A DNA stretch of 64,000 nt, from positions 5,642,001 to 5,706,000 of the forward strand of contig OU015567.1 in the NCBI GenBank assembly GCA_907165135.1, written 5' to 3'. Origin of the DNA: Oikopleura dioica. Lineage: Eukaryota > Animalia > Chordata. The translations under genes and the position numbers were made by a program. Below the pieces are notes generated by a model. That model worked only from the letters and a program-made list of their open reading frames with translations, was not told where the DNA came from and did not search any database. Positions within the stretch are counted from its first letter, which is position 1, and every line of letters starts with the position of its first letter. This document shows, piece after piece, positions 37,013 to 48,103 of the stretch.

Positions 37013-37024
37013 TGGTATCAGAGT
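37013..37024 (+). promoter_or_regulatory. Primer-binding site (tRNA-iMet type)
   Basis: TGGTATCAGAGT, one base after the LTR end. Confidence 0.8.
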
Positions 37025-37527
37025 AGTCCCGTTGGAGAAAAGATAAATTTTTCCGCCATCGACAACCGAAGTTTCGCAACTTGGACGCTGATTGGCCGTC
37101 AGCGGAGTCGAGGGGAACCGAATCACCAACCGCCACCGCGCCGCCGGAGAAACTCCACTCAGAGAATTTTCCGCGCCGCACCACACCAACACCACCCCGA
37201 GCGAGCGCCACCACACGAGCGCCACCACGACCCACGCGCCGAAAGTCGCGCCCACGCAACCACGCACGCACGCCGGGGAAAACCTAAAATACTGAGAAAA
37301 ACATAATTCTTTCGCCACTTTTCACCAAAAATCGAGAGAAGTTTACGAAGAATCGACCCTTGGACCAGACCTTGAAATTTCGACAATCGCTGGACAGAGA
37401 AATCGTCGGGCGTTTGCGCAAAAGGCACCTCAGCTCATCATATTGCGACTTTTAGTCGCAGTATTTTCTGAGGGCCTGAAAGGTAATCCAAGGCCCATAA
37501 ACCCTTACTGCCGATATATTTCGAGCT

Positions 37528-39333
37528 ATGGCGGCGAACAAATCACTGCTAGAAACCGTCACCGAAATAAGAAGCATAAACGATCGAGTAAACTACCTCG
37601 AAGAACAAGTGCGAAATGACGAATCACTAAAGCCAAGCCTAGAGCCCTTGATCACAGAAAGCAGAGTAAAATTAGAACAGCTCAGTACAACGCTTCTTAC
37701 CTGCGAGCTCGATCAAGGAAAAGACTCTACGAATGCGACAATGAGAGAAGAAGCATGGGTGGCCACTACCTGGTCTCGTCACGTCCAAGACTTGCCGAAG
37801 CTGGACGCCGCATGCAACACATCTTTCAACACCTTCTTGGGCAGAGCCGACATTTATCACCGCGCCTACGTCCGCGACAGACCTTCACGTGAACAGCCTT
37901 TCATCGCAGCAGTGTACAGCCACTTCGACTTGAACATCGAACGCTCACTTGGAACCGAATTTCTGAATTGTCAAGACTGGAAATCGGCCAAGGCGCTGCT
38001 AGAGAAATCATTCGCCGCGAAGAGTCACTACTTACTGAAGCTAAGCGAAGTTTTCGACGTCGAATACGACCATTCGAAGCCGTTTGCACACTACACCGCC
38101 AACGTCTTGCAAAAGATGAACGAGGCGAAGCAAGCGACTTTGAACTCTTACCGACAAGAGAAGTCAGCCGACGCCGGGGTCGATGAAATATTTGACATAT
38201 TCTCGACGATGATGCTGTACTTGAATCTTAGGAAAGAAGAACCAGACGTTTTCAACGCAATCCTTCCAAGCCTATCAAAAGTTTACGATATCAACGAACT
38301 CTGCCGTCTCGCCCAATCCACAAGACAGAATCGAGTTGACAGCGCGACCGTCTCCCAGCACTTCAACAGAAATAAGAACAAAAAGAAGAAGAATGCTAAG
38401 CGCGCCAGCAACGATTCTAAGGATGGGAAAGACGATAAACAACCAGAATCCAAGAAGATAAATACGACTAAGAACGTTGAAGATTTCCAACCATTCGACG
38501 TTCACTTTTACACAGTGAAGAAGAAGCGACCAGGAAAGGCTTATTTCGCTTCGGCTACCATCATTACGGGCTCTAAAAGTTTTGACGTATCGATGGAAGT
38601 CGACAGCGGAGCCGAGTCCTCCTGTCTGTCCGCTGCTTACGTTCCCGACGAATTTCTCCAGATGCTGAAGCCCTGTCCCTTCAAGGTCACCGGTTTCAGC
38701 CCAAATATTCCCGCCGAGCAGCCGATGGGTATCCTTCCCTGCCGCTTATCATTCAATGGTGGCCCTGCATTCTCCCTGAATCTCACCATTATGCCAGGCA
38801 GTAAATACCCAAGTCTACTGGGCCGCGATATACTAGAGAATGCGATGACGGACAGCTTCACAGTCGACAATAAGAATCGTACTCTCTCATTTTGCTACAA
38901 CGAAGCCTTCACACAAACTGAGACTCAAGTGGTGAAGCTGGACGGAGTGAAGCGGACCAAAATCAAGAAATACTTGACTACTAGATCAGCGGTCAAGGAT
39001 AGCGATCGATCCCGCACTCAACCGCCACCAAAAGTCCCAAAGCTGGACGCACCTAACAAGAACGCAGCCAGGTGCCCCATTCAGCTAGCGAAGCAAAAAC
39101 TCGGAATTACCCTACCAGCAAACGCCGACCCGGGGCAAAAGAAGGTGGTCGCCGAGCTGTGTTTGGAATTCGACGACAGATTCGGCTGCGACGGTCAAAA
39201 ATGGGTGAATTCCCGTTCGAGATCGAAATCCCGACTGATGGTACGAGTCGAAACATCAGTCAACACCCGATTCCGCAAGCTTTTCATGGTCAGGTCAGCG
39301 ATCACATCTCCGAACTGCTCGAAACGAAAATAA
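37528..39333 (+). CDS. gag: Gag-protease polyprotein
   Basis: 601-aa ORF with a coiled-coil N-terminus, a basic patch and aspartic protease motif MEVDSGAESSCL...LLGRDIL. No CCHC knuckle seen. Confidence 0.9.
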   Translation: MAANKSLLETVTEIRSINDRVNYLEEQVRNDESLKPSLEPLITESRVKLEQLSTTLLTCELDQGKDSTNATMREEAWVATTWSRHVQDLPKLDAACNTSFNTFLGRADIYHRAYVRDRPSREQPFIAAVYSHFDLNIERSLGTEFLNCQDWKSAKALLEKSFAAKSHYLLKLSEVFDVEYDHSKPFAHYTANVLQKMNEAKQATLNSYRQEKSADAGVDEIFDIFSTMMLYLNLRKEEPDVFNAILPSLSKVYDINELCRLAQSTRQNRVDSATVSQHFNRNKNKKKKNAKRASNDSKDGKDDKQPESKKINTTKNVEDFQPFDVHFYTVKKKRPGKAYFASATIITGSKSFDVSMEVDSGAESSCLSAAYVPDEFLQMLKPCPFKVTGFSPNIPAEQPMGILPCRLSFNGGPAFSLNLTIMPGSKYPSLLGRDILENAMTDSFTVDNKNRTLSFCYNEAFTQTETQVVKLDGVKRTKIKKYLTTRSAVKDSDRSRTQPPPKVPKLDAPNKNAARCPIQLAKQKLGITLPANADPGQKKVVAELCLEFDDRFGCDGQKWVNSRSRSKSRLMVRVETSVNTRFRKLFMVRSAITSPNCSKRK

Positions 39334-42300
39334 TAGAAGAGATCAAAGACCAGAAAGGGTTTAACAGCCCGGTATTGCCTATTCCTAAGAAATCTGGGGA
39401 AATGCGCTTCTGCATCAACTACAAAAACAGCCTGAACAAATGCCTCTCCGACAAATCCGACCCTTACCATCTCCCAAGCATGGAGGATACGATTGCGAAC
39501 ATTGGACCGGGCAATAAGTTTTTCGCCACAGTTGATCTACGAAGTGGATATTGGCAGTGCCCTGTAAAGAAAAGCGACAGGTACAAGACTTCCTTCCAGT
39601 GGGGTGGGAAATCTTACGCCTTCTGCAGACTACCATTCGGTTATCGATGCTCGGGGAATATATTCTCGCGCGTCGTAAACACAATTCTCGACTCAAGCCC
39701 CACCAGGAAAAAGATGCTTTCTTATATCGATGACATAGTGTGTTTTGGGAAGACTTTCAGCTGCTATTACAACACTCTCCGAAACCTATTCATCGCGCTC
39801 CGCAAGTTTAACGCTAAACTCAAGGGCGAAAAGTGCTCTTTCCTACAATCCGAAGCTCACTTTTTGGGCCGAATCATCAACGAAGATGGAATCAAACCGG
39901 ACCCTGCGCAAGTCTCCGCTCTTCGTCAGATGAAACCCCCACGCTCCCAAAAGGAGTTAGCTTCATTAATCGGGTCATTGAATTGGATCCGAGGTTTTCT
40001 AGAAACGAAAATGGGCGAAGCTATTTCATCCGGTTGCTTCTCGAGCAGAATGAAGCCCATAAACGATGTTCGAAATTCGGCGAACGAAACAAATTGTTTC
40101 AAGTGGACCAAAGAAGCGGATTTGGCGCTCAAGGAAATTCAACGACGACTCTCCGAGACTCCAGTCATAAGTTTTCCTAACTTTGACGAGTCTTTTCATC
40201 TCTACACAGACGCGAGCCTGTACGCAGCGGGTGGCGTCCTGCTACAAGAGTATGGCGGGAGAGTGCACCTAGTAAGCGCGATTTCCCACACCTTCAACAA
40301 AGCTGAAAGAAAATGGAACACTTCAGAAAAGGAAATGTTTAGCATTGTCTGGTGCTGCGAGCGACTGGAAAAGCTCCTGAAAGGTAGATTCTTTCAGATT
40401 CACACAGACCACCGATCTTTGATCTTCCTACACAAAAAGAAGTTCAAGAATTCTAAAATAAGCCGATGGCAAAGCCGATTGGAAGAATTCGATTTTCACA
40501 TTGTCTACATCAAGGGATCAGAAAATCAATTCGCCGACTTTATGAGCCGCAGACCTGGCGAGGACGACAAATCACTTGGATACGACTCTGAGTTTCCCGT
40601 TGGTCGCGAGTACGAAATCGACAAGAATTCACCAGTACGTGTCTTCGTCCCTTTCTGGAACGAAAATCAGTTTCCGGAGAAAATCACTTTATCAGAGGTG
40701 AAGATACATAAGGTAAACGTCAAGGCTATCGCGGCGCCAATGGAGATTCCGTTGGTGTCAGCGAATTATAATAACATTCTGGACTATCAAAGGGAGGACT
40801 CTGCTCTGAGTGCAATCATCACTTTTCTGGAATCTGGTAAGGAGCCACTGGACATAAAATCGCTGGTGAAGGACTCCGACCACCGACAATCGTCTCTACT
40901 CAAGATGGAAAAAGCTCTGTTCCTGGATAACACTACCGGGTGCTTGATGTGTCAATTCAAATCTGGCGCGCGGGCGGTGGTACCGGAAGCGGTAAAAAGT
41001 CACTTTCTCTTTCTAGCTCACGACTTGTCCGGTCATCTGGGCGAGCCGCGGACTTTAGAGCGATTAGAGGACGTTTGGTGGCCTTCATTTCAAGACGATG
41101 TTTCTAACTACGTCCACAGCTGCGTCCCTTGCCTACGCAGAAAAGGATCTGCTGGAACTCGTACCAAACCGCCACTTGGAACCCTTCGTCGTGGAAAAAC
41201 AGCTGGCGAATCGATTCAGATCGATTTCGCTTGTATGCCTCCCGCTGGCGGATTCAAGTATTATTTGGTGGTGGCGGACACTTTCTCTCGCTACACTTGG
41301 TGCATTCCGACGCGGTCCGACACTGCTATCTGCGCTGCAAAAGCGCTCATCTACAAGGTCTTCCTTCCCATGGATTTCTTGCCGAAACATCTACACAGTG
41401 ACAGAGGTACCCACTTCTGCGCAAGCGTGATTGACGAAATGTGTAAGCTTAACCAGATAAAACATACAATAAGTACCGCATTTCACCCTCAATCAAACGC
41501 TTTCGCAGAAAGAGCGAATCGGACTATCAAAAACAGTCTATTCTGCATGGTCAACTCATCTTCCGGTCGAAAAACTTGGGCCGACTGCGTTCCCCACGTG
41601 ATGCGCGCGCTCAATAGTGTGAAAAACAAAAGCACGAAAATTTCACCGCGAGAAGTTTGGTTTGGCCGAAAAAGTACTTTCACCCACTCTACTGGCGCAG
41701 AAATGACAGCGGAAACACCTCAGGTGTTTGGTCTCAATGTGGGAGCTTTAGCGAAATCGGCGGAAGCCATTGTGAAAACTGCGATGGAAGCTGCTGACCG
41801 AGCCATGGAGCACAGGCTGAAAAACGAGCCTAAGCCGAGACCAATCCCCGCTGGCGCTGTCGTGTACATTAAGCGAGAAAACCTGACCGACGCTAAAAGC
41901 AAGAAGGAACGCTGGGTAGGTCCCCTGAAAGCCGTTTCGAGCAACGACTGGGTCGTCATGGTCGAAGATAAAAAAGGACAACGTGATTTCATCCATCGAG
42001 AACACGTGGTTCACGCCGCAGAACGAAATCACGACTTACGCTGGATTGATTACTACGAGGCCGAGTACGTATTCCCACATTTAACCGAAATCGTTAAGTC
42101 GAAAGTCCCACAAAAATCGCCTGTTCCTACTTCCAAACCGATGGAAAAGTCCGGGTCGAAGTCGCATGGGGGGAGGAAATCTTCTCAGGTCGCGTCGACT
42201 CCGATGGTTGCTATGGAAAAACCGCCAAGATCATCTCTATCACCTATTTTGGAAAGTAGACGCCGATTGGACATGGAAAATCTGGGAGATACAACCGCTA

Positions 42301-42680
42301 CATCTATTTTGGACTCGTCGGTAGCTCCAGCCGAGCCGTCAGATCGCTGGTACTCTGGTGGTACTCTTTATGAAACTGCCGAGGACATGTCAGCTGATGC
42401 TACAGTGATTTCGGAGGTTGCTGCGCCCGACAATAGCCATATGTCAGTCGATAAACATAATTCAACAGTAGTTGAGGGCTCAGCAACTGAAAACAGCAAG
42501 AAAAGAACCCGTCCAAAGTCTTCACCAGATCGTCAATACTCAGCCGGCGCCGATCCGAATGCGACTTTAACCGAAGTTGGAGCAGCTCATCTCCCGAAAC
42601 ATACAAAACGAGCACACCGTGAAACGAGGCCCGTCGAACCTCTAAACATCGGCACAAACTCGGGTCAGTCATACGACTAA
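39072..42680 (+). CDS. pol: Pol (RT-RNase H-integrase), -1 frame relative to gag-pro
   Basis: RT (VDLRSGYWQ, LPFG, YIDD), RNase H (TDAS, HTDH), integrase (HDLSGH...CVPC, QIDF, HSDRG, ERANR), GPY/F-like WVGP, and a long disordered tail. Confidence 0.97.
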   Translation: MPHSASEAKTRNYPTSKRRPGAKEGGRRAVFGIRRQIRLRRSKMGEFPFEIEIPTDGTSRNISQHPIPQAFHGQVSDHISELLETKIIEEIKDQKGFNSPVLPIPKKSGEMRFCINYKNSLNKCLSDKSDPYHLPSMEDTIANIGPGNKFFATVDLRSGYWQCPVKKSDRYKTSFQWGGKSYAFCRLPFGYRCSGNIFSRVVNTILDSSPTRKKMLSYIDDIVCFGKTFSCYYNTLRNLFIALRKFNAKLKGEKCSFLQSEAHFLGRIINEDGIKPDPAQVSALRQMKPPRSQKELASLIGSLNWIRGFLETKMGEAISSGCFSSRMKPINDVRNSANETNCFKWTKEADLALKEIQRRLSETPVISFPNFDESFHLYTDASLYAAGGVLLQEYGGRVHLVSAISHTFNKAERKWNTSEKEMFSIVWCCERLEKLLKGRFFQIHTDHRSLIFLHKKKFKNSKISRWQSRLEEFDFHIVYIKGSENQFADFMSRRPGEDDKSLGYDSEFPVGREYEIDKNSPVRVFVPFWNENQFPEKITLSEVKIHKVNVKAIAAPMEIPLVSANYNNILDYQREDSALSAIITFLESGKEPLDIKSLVKDSDHRQSSLLKMEKALFLDNTTGCLMCQFKSGARAVVPEAVKSHFLFLAHDLSGHLGEPRTLERLEDVWWPSFQDDVSNYVHSCVPCLRRKGSAGTRTKPPLGTLRRGKTAGESIQIDFACMPPAGGFKYYLVVADTFSRYTWCIPTRSDTAICAAKALIYKVFLPMDFLPKHLHSDRGTHFCASVIDEMCKLNQIKHTISTAFHPQSNAFAERANRTIKNSLFCMVNSSSGRKTWADCVPHVMRALNSVKNKSTKISPREVWFGRKSTFTHSTGAEMTAETPQVFGLNVGALAKSAEAIVKTAMEAADRAMEHRLKNEPKPRPIPAGAVVYIKRENLTDAKSKKERWVGPLKAVSSNDWVVMVEDKKGQRDFIHREHVVHAAERNHDLRWIDYYEAEYVFPHLTEIVKSKVPQKSPVPTSKPMEKSGSKSHGGRKSSQVASTPMVAMEKPPRSSLSPILESRRRLDMENLGDTTATSILDSSVAPAEPSDRWYSGGTLYETAEDMSADATVISEVAAPDNSHMSVDKHNSTVVEGSATENSKKRTRPKSSPDRQYSAGADPNATLTEVGAAHLPKHTKRAHRETRPVEPLNIGTNSGQSYD

Positions 42681-42990
42681 GCGCAAGTACTGCCCCACTC
42701 AGGTCCCCTATTCATCGACCGGGGCCTGAAAAGGTACGGAAATTATCACAGTTTACCGTCGCCGACGTATTTTGAGTTCTTCTACATGTGCAGCTACTCC
42801 TTCATGTCATCACCGCTCGGACATCACGAAAACTTCGCATCTGATTCAAGCTTTTTCCCAAAAAAGGGTTTTTTAACGCGAATCAGACTGCCTCGACGTT
42901 TCGAACCTGCCATGTTACTCATCTTACGCTTATACTCCTGCAAAAATCACACACTTTGGCCTTAGAGGACGTTTCAGTCTCATGGGGGGG

Positions 42991-43245
42991 TATTGGGATC
43001 TTAGATTCGTTAGACTCCCTCGTCCCCTAAGGTCACTTGCTTATCTAGATCGAGCTTTGCTCGGTCGCCGCCGTGTATTTCTCTTCATTCGGTAATTCAC
43101 GCAGTTCGTGAATTAACCTCTATTTTACTCCAGCTCGAAATACAGACGTCAAGATACTTTACTCGTTTTCTTCACTCGTCCAGATATAGAGAGCAGGCAA
43201 ACTACGCTAGAAGTGGGAGATTCAGCAGAAGCTAGGATCCCTTCA
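42991..43245 (+). repeat. 3' LTR
   Basis: Matches 36757-37011; preceded by GGGGGGG PPT. Confidence 0.97.
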
Positions 43246-44101
43246 ATATGATATGGATTATGGTTTTTATGAGTTAATTTTACAAGCATGAGTAGGGATT
43301 CTCACGGGAAAGCGGCGCGCGGCGTGGCGCTTCTGGCCCAAAATGACGGAAGTCAATTTCGTTTTCTTCGACATAATTTTTATGAAAAAATCTTTTGAAT
43401 ACTAAAAAGATGACGCTCTTTCATGATTTGACCTTTAAAAGTAATTTGATCGTCAAAAAGCGTCAAAATCGTAAAAGTTCACTTTCTAGGTGCCGCACCC
43501 ATCTTTAAAAATTCTGATTTCAAGATATGTAAAGAAACTGACCCTTTACAAGATTCTGTGAAATTTTCAAGGCGCAACAAAAACCAGAACCTCCCGAAAA
43601 CATCAGATTACTGAGCGAAGGTCGCGGCGCGCTAGTGCATTAGAGGGTGAGCGGCGTGTTTTTCAACATCTGTGAAAGTTTAAAGACGCAACAGCAAGTA
43701 GAACCCTCCGAAACCAACCGATGATTGACTGAAAATGACGTCGTGCTAGTGCTTTACGCGCTCCCCGGGAGGCCCGGAAGAGGCTCGCAGTATGAAAGGG
43801 GCGATGGTTCTTTTCAGGAATTTCAATCAGGTGACTACATTGTATCTCAAGAAATGAAGAATTATTTTTGAAGTTGGAGTAAATATCATTAGCAGAAATT
43901 ATGTTCAATTGAAGACAAAGCCGATGACAGCGTTCATGAACAGTGACGTTTATAAACATGGTTTTTCTTCCTGCGAATTCAGAAGAATAGAATTATCTTA
44001 GATTTCAATATTTATGCGGAGATGCCAGATCTTGATAATGATGGACTTCTCGACGGAAAAATTGATAGCTGCCAAGGTAGCTTTTATGGTCAAGAGTCCT
44101 A

Positions 44102-44701
44102 TTAACGCTTGAACGCACGTTTGTAAAGTTTCGCTGAACGCATATTGCGCAGATTTCTGCGCAGGGCCTTTGACGGGTTCTAGCGCCGACTTATTAAAAG
44201 ATTGGAGAATATTTCAGATTGCTGATTAAAGCTGAGACGCTTGGCAACCAGAAAAATATAGTTTTGAGTCCTAACCTTAACCAAAACCTAGCCAAAACAA
44301 GTGATTTCAAGTATTACCGAAGATATGCCATTTTCTCAACTTTTATCGACTATCATACCAAAGAATCTATCATTTCGACAATAAATAGTCATTTTGATTC
44401 TTCTTAGAGGTTAAACTTTACTAAAATAAAATTTAACCATGAAAAATTTTCTGATTTCGTCAAAAAAGAATCAAATTATAAGGAAAATTTGGAGAATTTG
44501 GGCGGGACGGAAATTTTCGCTCTGAAGCCAAATTTTTAACCAGAGGCCAAAATATTTTTTTGATGATGGATTCGGGCTCTTCATCGAAAAAGACCCCGAA
44601 AAGTGGGGGTTCATTTTAAATTTTGATAAAGTTAAGCATGAGATATCGACCTTTAAAGGTGCTCTGCGCAGAAATATGCGCAATATGCGTTCAAGCGTTA
44701 A
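44102..44701. mobile_element. TTAA-flanked (piggyBac-like) non-autonomous element in a protease intron
   Basis: TTAA-CGCTTGAACGCA...TGCGTTCAAGCG-TTAA, with extended inverted arms GAACGCATATTGCGCA(G/T)ATTTCTGCGCAG. Confidence 0.8.
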
Positions 44702-47586
44702 AAGTTCTCCTAAGGCGATTCTGGTGGATGTTGATGGATATGCAACTCTAGTCGGCGTTGTATCGAGAGGTATCGGCTGTGGAAGAGAAGGACAAGCGGG
44801 TGTTTATACCAACATTGGCCAGTGTTTGTCCTGGATTCAAAAGACTATCAAAAACTTCAAGAAAAAATCTAATGAATAAAATTCTTCCAAGAACTCTTCA
44901 TTTATTTTCTTGACGCTCTTTTCCCTCTCCGTAGTAACCAGAAATCTTCGTCATTATCTCAAAAAAACTAACACCGAGATTTAATTGTGAAAATGACGGA
45001 TTAGAAATCCAAGAGAAACAAATCTAAAAATGAAGAGATCCGTGGTTATCTCGGAGAACCACTCAAACTTGCCAGATGATCTTCGACAATCAATGGGTAG
45101 TTATGTGGTGGCGCCGAGGAATCCGGTGTTGATCAAAGAACCAGAAAATGAGTATTTTGAAAAGATCAAGCCGTCTCAGGAAAGATCAACAAAGATTATT
45201 CTCGCAAAGATTTTTTATCTGTAGTTTGTTTTTCCTGGATTTTGTTAAATCAAAAAAGTACATTTCATCGATGAGTTTGGACACATACGACCGCTTTAAC
45301 ACCAGTCGCCACATGAAAGTCCCCCAAATCGTCGAACTACTCGAACTTGGCGATAAATCTCCCCCAGAAAACCTGTCGAGTAGACCTTGACCAGACGATT
45401 TTCCAGCCTTATCCTTCTGATTTCGTGTTCCAGAATTTCAAGCCATTTCAACTTACAGACTCCGGTTTATCCCAGACGCAGTGAAGGATTACTTTCATGA
45501 AATCATCGTGACATCAGAGCGGGAGAAGTTCATCATTCCTATCAAATGCATCGGAGCGAGAGGAGTCGTTGATTTTCCTGATGTGATCGACGTCGGCGAC
45601 TCTCCAGTCAAAATGACTCGAGAGAAGACACTGTTGTTGAGAAATATCGGAACGGATACCGCGAGATTTACAGTTGGCTTCAGTTCCGCAGCTTTTTCAG
45701 CGACTCCATCAAGCGGGGAACTTGAACGTGGGCAGTTGATGCAGATGACAGTAGAATTCAGCCCTCTGTTTGCGATGAAGTACGAGGCGGAAATGAGAAT
45801 TTCCTACGATACAGGGGAAGAAATCTTCTCAGATCTTCAAGGAAATGGAATCAGCATCGATGCGCAATTGTCTCACAAGAGTATTTGAAATACTGTATTT
45901 CAATAATGCCTACCTACATCGAAATGACGAATTTTCAAATCTTCGAGATAAATTATCTCAGATAATGAACAACTCTAGCGAAACAGTGAAGTACTTCTTT
46001 TCAAGTTACGCATTGAAGGAAAACGAAGATATAGCAAAAACTGCGACGCTAGAATCAATTCAAGCGGAAGAAGACAAGGAACGAAAAAGATTTCTTGAAG
46101 AACAAAGCGCGAGTCCGGAGCTTGCCGATAAGATTTCTATCCTCACAAAATCCTTCCAAAACCAGCGAGATTTGATTTCTACAGATCCGATGCTGCTAGA
46201 AGAAGCAGAATTGGAAATAACTCCAGTTGAGGGAATCATCCTTCCGGGCAAAGAAATGGAGGTTCACGTGGTCTTCAAGCCAGATCGAATCGGACAGTAT
46301 AAGAAAACTGTTTTCTGTGACATTCAAGGCCGCGAAAATCGAATTCCATTGACCATCAAAGCTCGTGGAATCGGGCCACAGCTTCGGCTGAGCTACGATT
46401 CTGTAAATCTTGGAAAAATTTTTGTTGGATCAAAGCACACTTATGAAATTCTGATGAAAAATCGCGGGGAAATTGAGGGAATCTTTTCCATTCGAGAGAC
46501 GAAATCAGAAATTCGGAACCAACTTTCTTTCGATCCAACAGAAGGGATTGTGATGAAAGATGGTTACCAACTAATCAACCTGTATATTGATGCACAACTT
46601 CTTGGATCATTCGAGGAAGAACTCAAGTTTGAAATCGATGGGACAAATACAGAGCTGAGCCTCAAGGTTTCTGGTGAAGTTATTGCTCCAACCATGTCGT
46701 TCGAACTTGAAAAACTTAATCTCGGCCTTATCTCTACGAGTTTTGAAAAATCAACGACAATTTCCCTCAAAAATGTTTCCCTCGTTCCTGTCAATTTTGT
46801 GATCAAGTCGACAGCGCGAGAAATTTCATTCGACATCAATGAAGGATTTCTTGAAGCAGAGGAGTCAGTGGAGCTCGAACTGGTTTATAACGGAGATGAA
46901 CAGAAAGCTTTTGAAGGATCTGTTTATGTCGGCATTCCAAATATAGCTGAGCGTGTTGCAGTTCTTCCGATAAAGGCTCAGGTTCAATCACCACCTGTTC
47001 AGTTTACAGAAAGCATTGTCGATATTGGCTGCTTATTTCTCGGTCATGAGTACCACGCGTCTTTGACTCTTCAAAATGACCATGCTCATCTTTCCGCGCG
47101 CTATCGACTTCTACCTCCTGTTGATGCTTCCCTCAAAGTTGAGTCATTTTACCCGGAAGGCTGTGTGGATCCAGATTCTAATTTTGCCGTTCCAATAACA
47201 GTAACGCCTTCCAAACTTGGCGCGTTCAACAACACCGTCGGCTTGAAAATGGCTGGAATAGATGAACCGCTGATGACGACAATAGCTGGCACTGTTGCAG
47301 GACCTGTATTAATTCCTATCGAGACAAAAGTAGATCTAGGGAATGTGAAAGTCCTCGTGCCACAAAAAACTCCTCATAAAATCATGCTGCAGAATGAGTC
47401 GCCGATTCCCGCGAAAATATCTGTCTCAATGAGAAAAGATCAGAATATTTGGAAGCTCGAATACCCAGAAATTGTGGATCCAGCATCGCACGCTGATATT
47501 TTGATAAACGCGGTTCTCGATAATACTCTTGATTTCAGGGATGAAATGGTTATTGATGTCGACCACACAAATCAGATCATTATTCC

Positions 47587-48103
47587 GGAAGGGTTCCTCT
47601 CGTGGTCATTTCGAGAAATGTTCCTCTCGTGGTCATTACTCACCGGCTTATGAAAGTTAGGGTCTCCCAATTTCCCCCGAATTTCCTCAAAGATAGTGCT
47701 TACACGCTTTATATATTTATAATAAGAGGTCATCAATTAATTTTTTAAATGAATAAAAATCGAGATGAATTGATGAAAACAATTTTTTTAATCGAAAAAC
47801 CTGAGAAAGATAATTACATTAAATATAGTTTGCCTCATACGTTTGCCTCTTATTCTAAAGAGAATTTCTTCTGGTTTGTGCAAATAAATATACTTATTCT
47901 TATTTGAAAATTATTGAAAATTTAACTCAATCAAATGGACCTTCTCATAGTATCCTTGAAAAAATGCTTGGAGACCCAACTAATCATCAAAATGCTCCGT
48001 GATCGCAAGTCTCTACGTCATGACCACGAGAGGAATATGACCACGAGAGGAACATGACCACGAGAGGAACATTTCTCGAAATGACCACGAGAGGAACCCT
48101 TCC
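47587..48103. mobile_element. 517-bp TIR element with 9-bp TSD (CATTATTCC), Mutator/foldback-like, in a HYDIN exon
   Basis: Ends GGAAGGGTTCCTCTCGTGGTCATTTCGAGAAATG and its reverse complement, with subterminal 16-bp repeats. TSD at 47578-47586 and 48104-48112. Confidence 0.92.

Larger units (their letters stand above)
36757..43245 (+). mobile_element. Full-length Ty3/gypsy LTR retrotransposon (Tor-like), 6489 bp, 4-bp TSD ATAT
   Basis: 255-bp LTRs at 36757-37011 and 42991-43245 with no difference seen by eye. ATAT flanks both sides (36753-36756, 43246-43249), PBS TGGTATCAGAG at 37013, poly-G PPT at 42984-42990, and domain order PR-RT-RH-IN. Confidence 0.97.
35238..44879 (+). pseudogene. Secreted trypsin-like serine protease with N-terminal Cys-rich (sushi-like) modules; interrupted by an LTR element and by deletions
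   Basis: Signal peptide MRNFVLLILNFALG, Cys-rich ORF 35858-36385, FCGATVISHEWIAT/AAHC, EEY|DMDYG across the LTR insertion, DSCQ/GDSGG, LVGVVSRGIGCG and GVYTNI...WI. The residues after GDSGG (PLxC) are deleted with a frameshift at about 44727. Confidence 0.85.

Noticed and set aside
36998-37428. env-like or accessory ORFs in the retrotransposon leader
   Set aside because: Short ORFs arising from low-complexity C-rich sequence; no signal peptide, furin site or transmembrane anchor.
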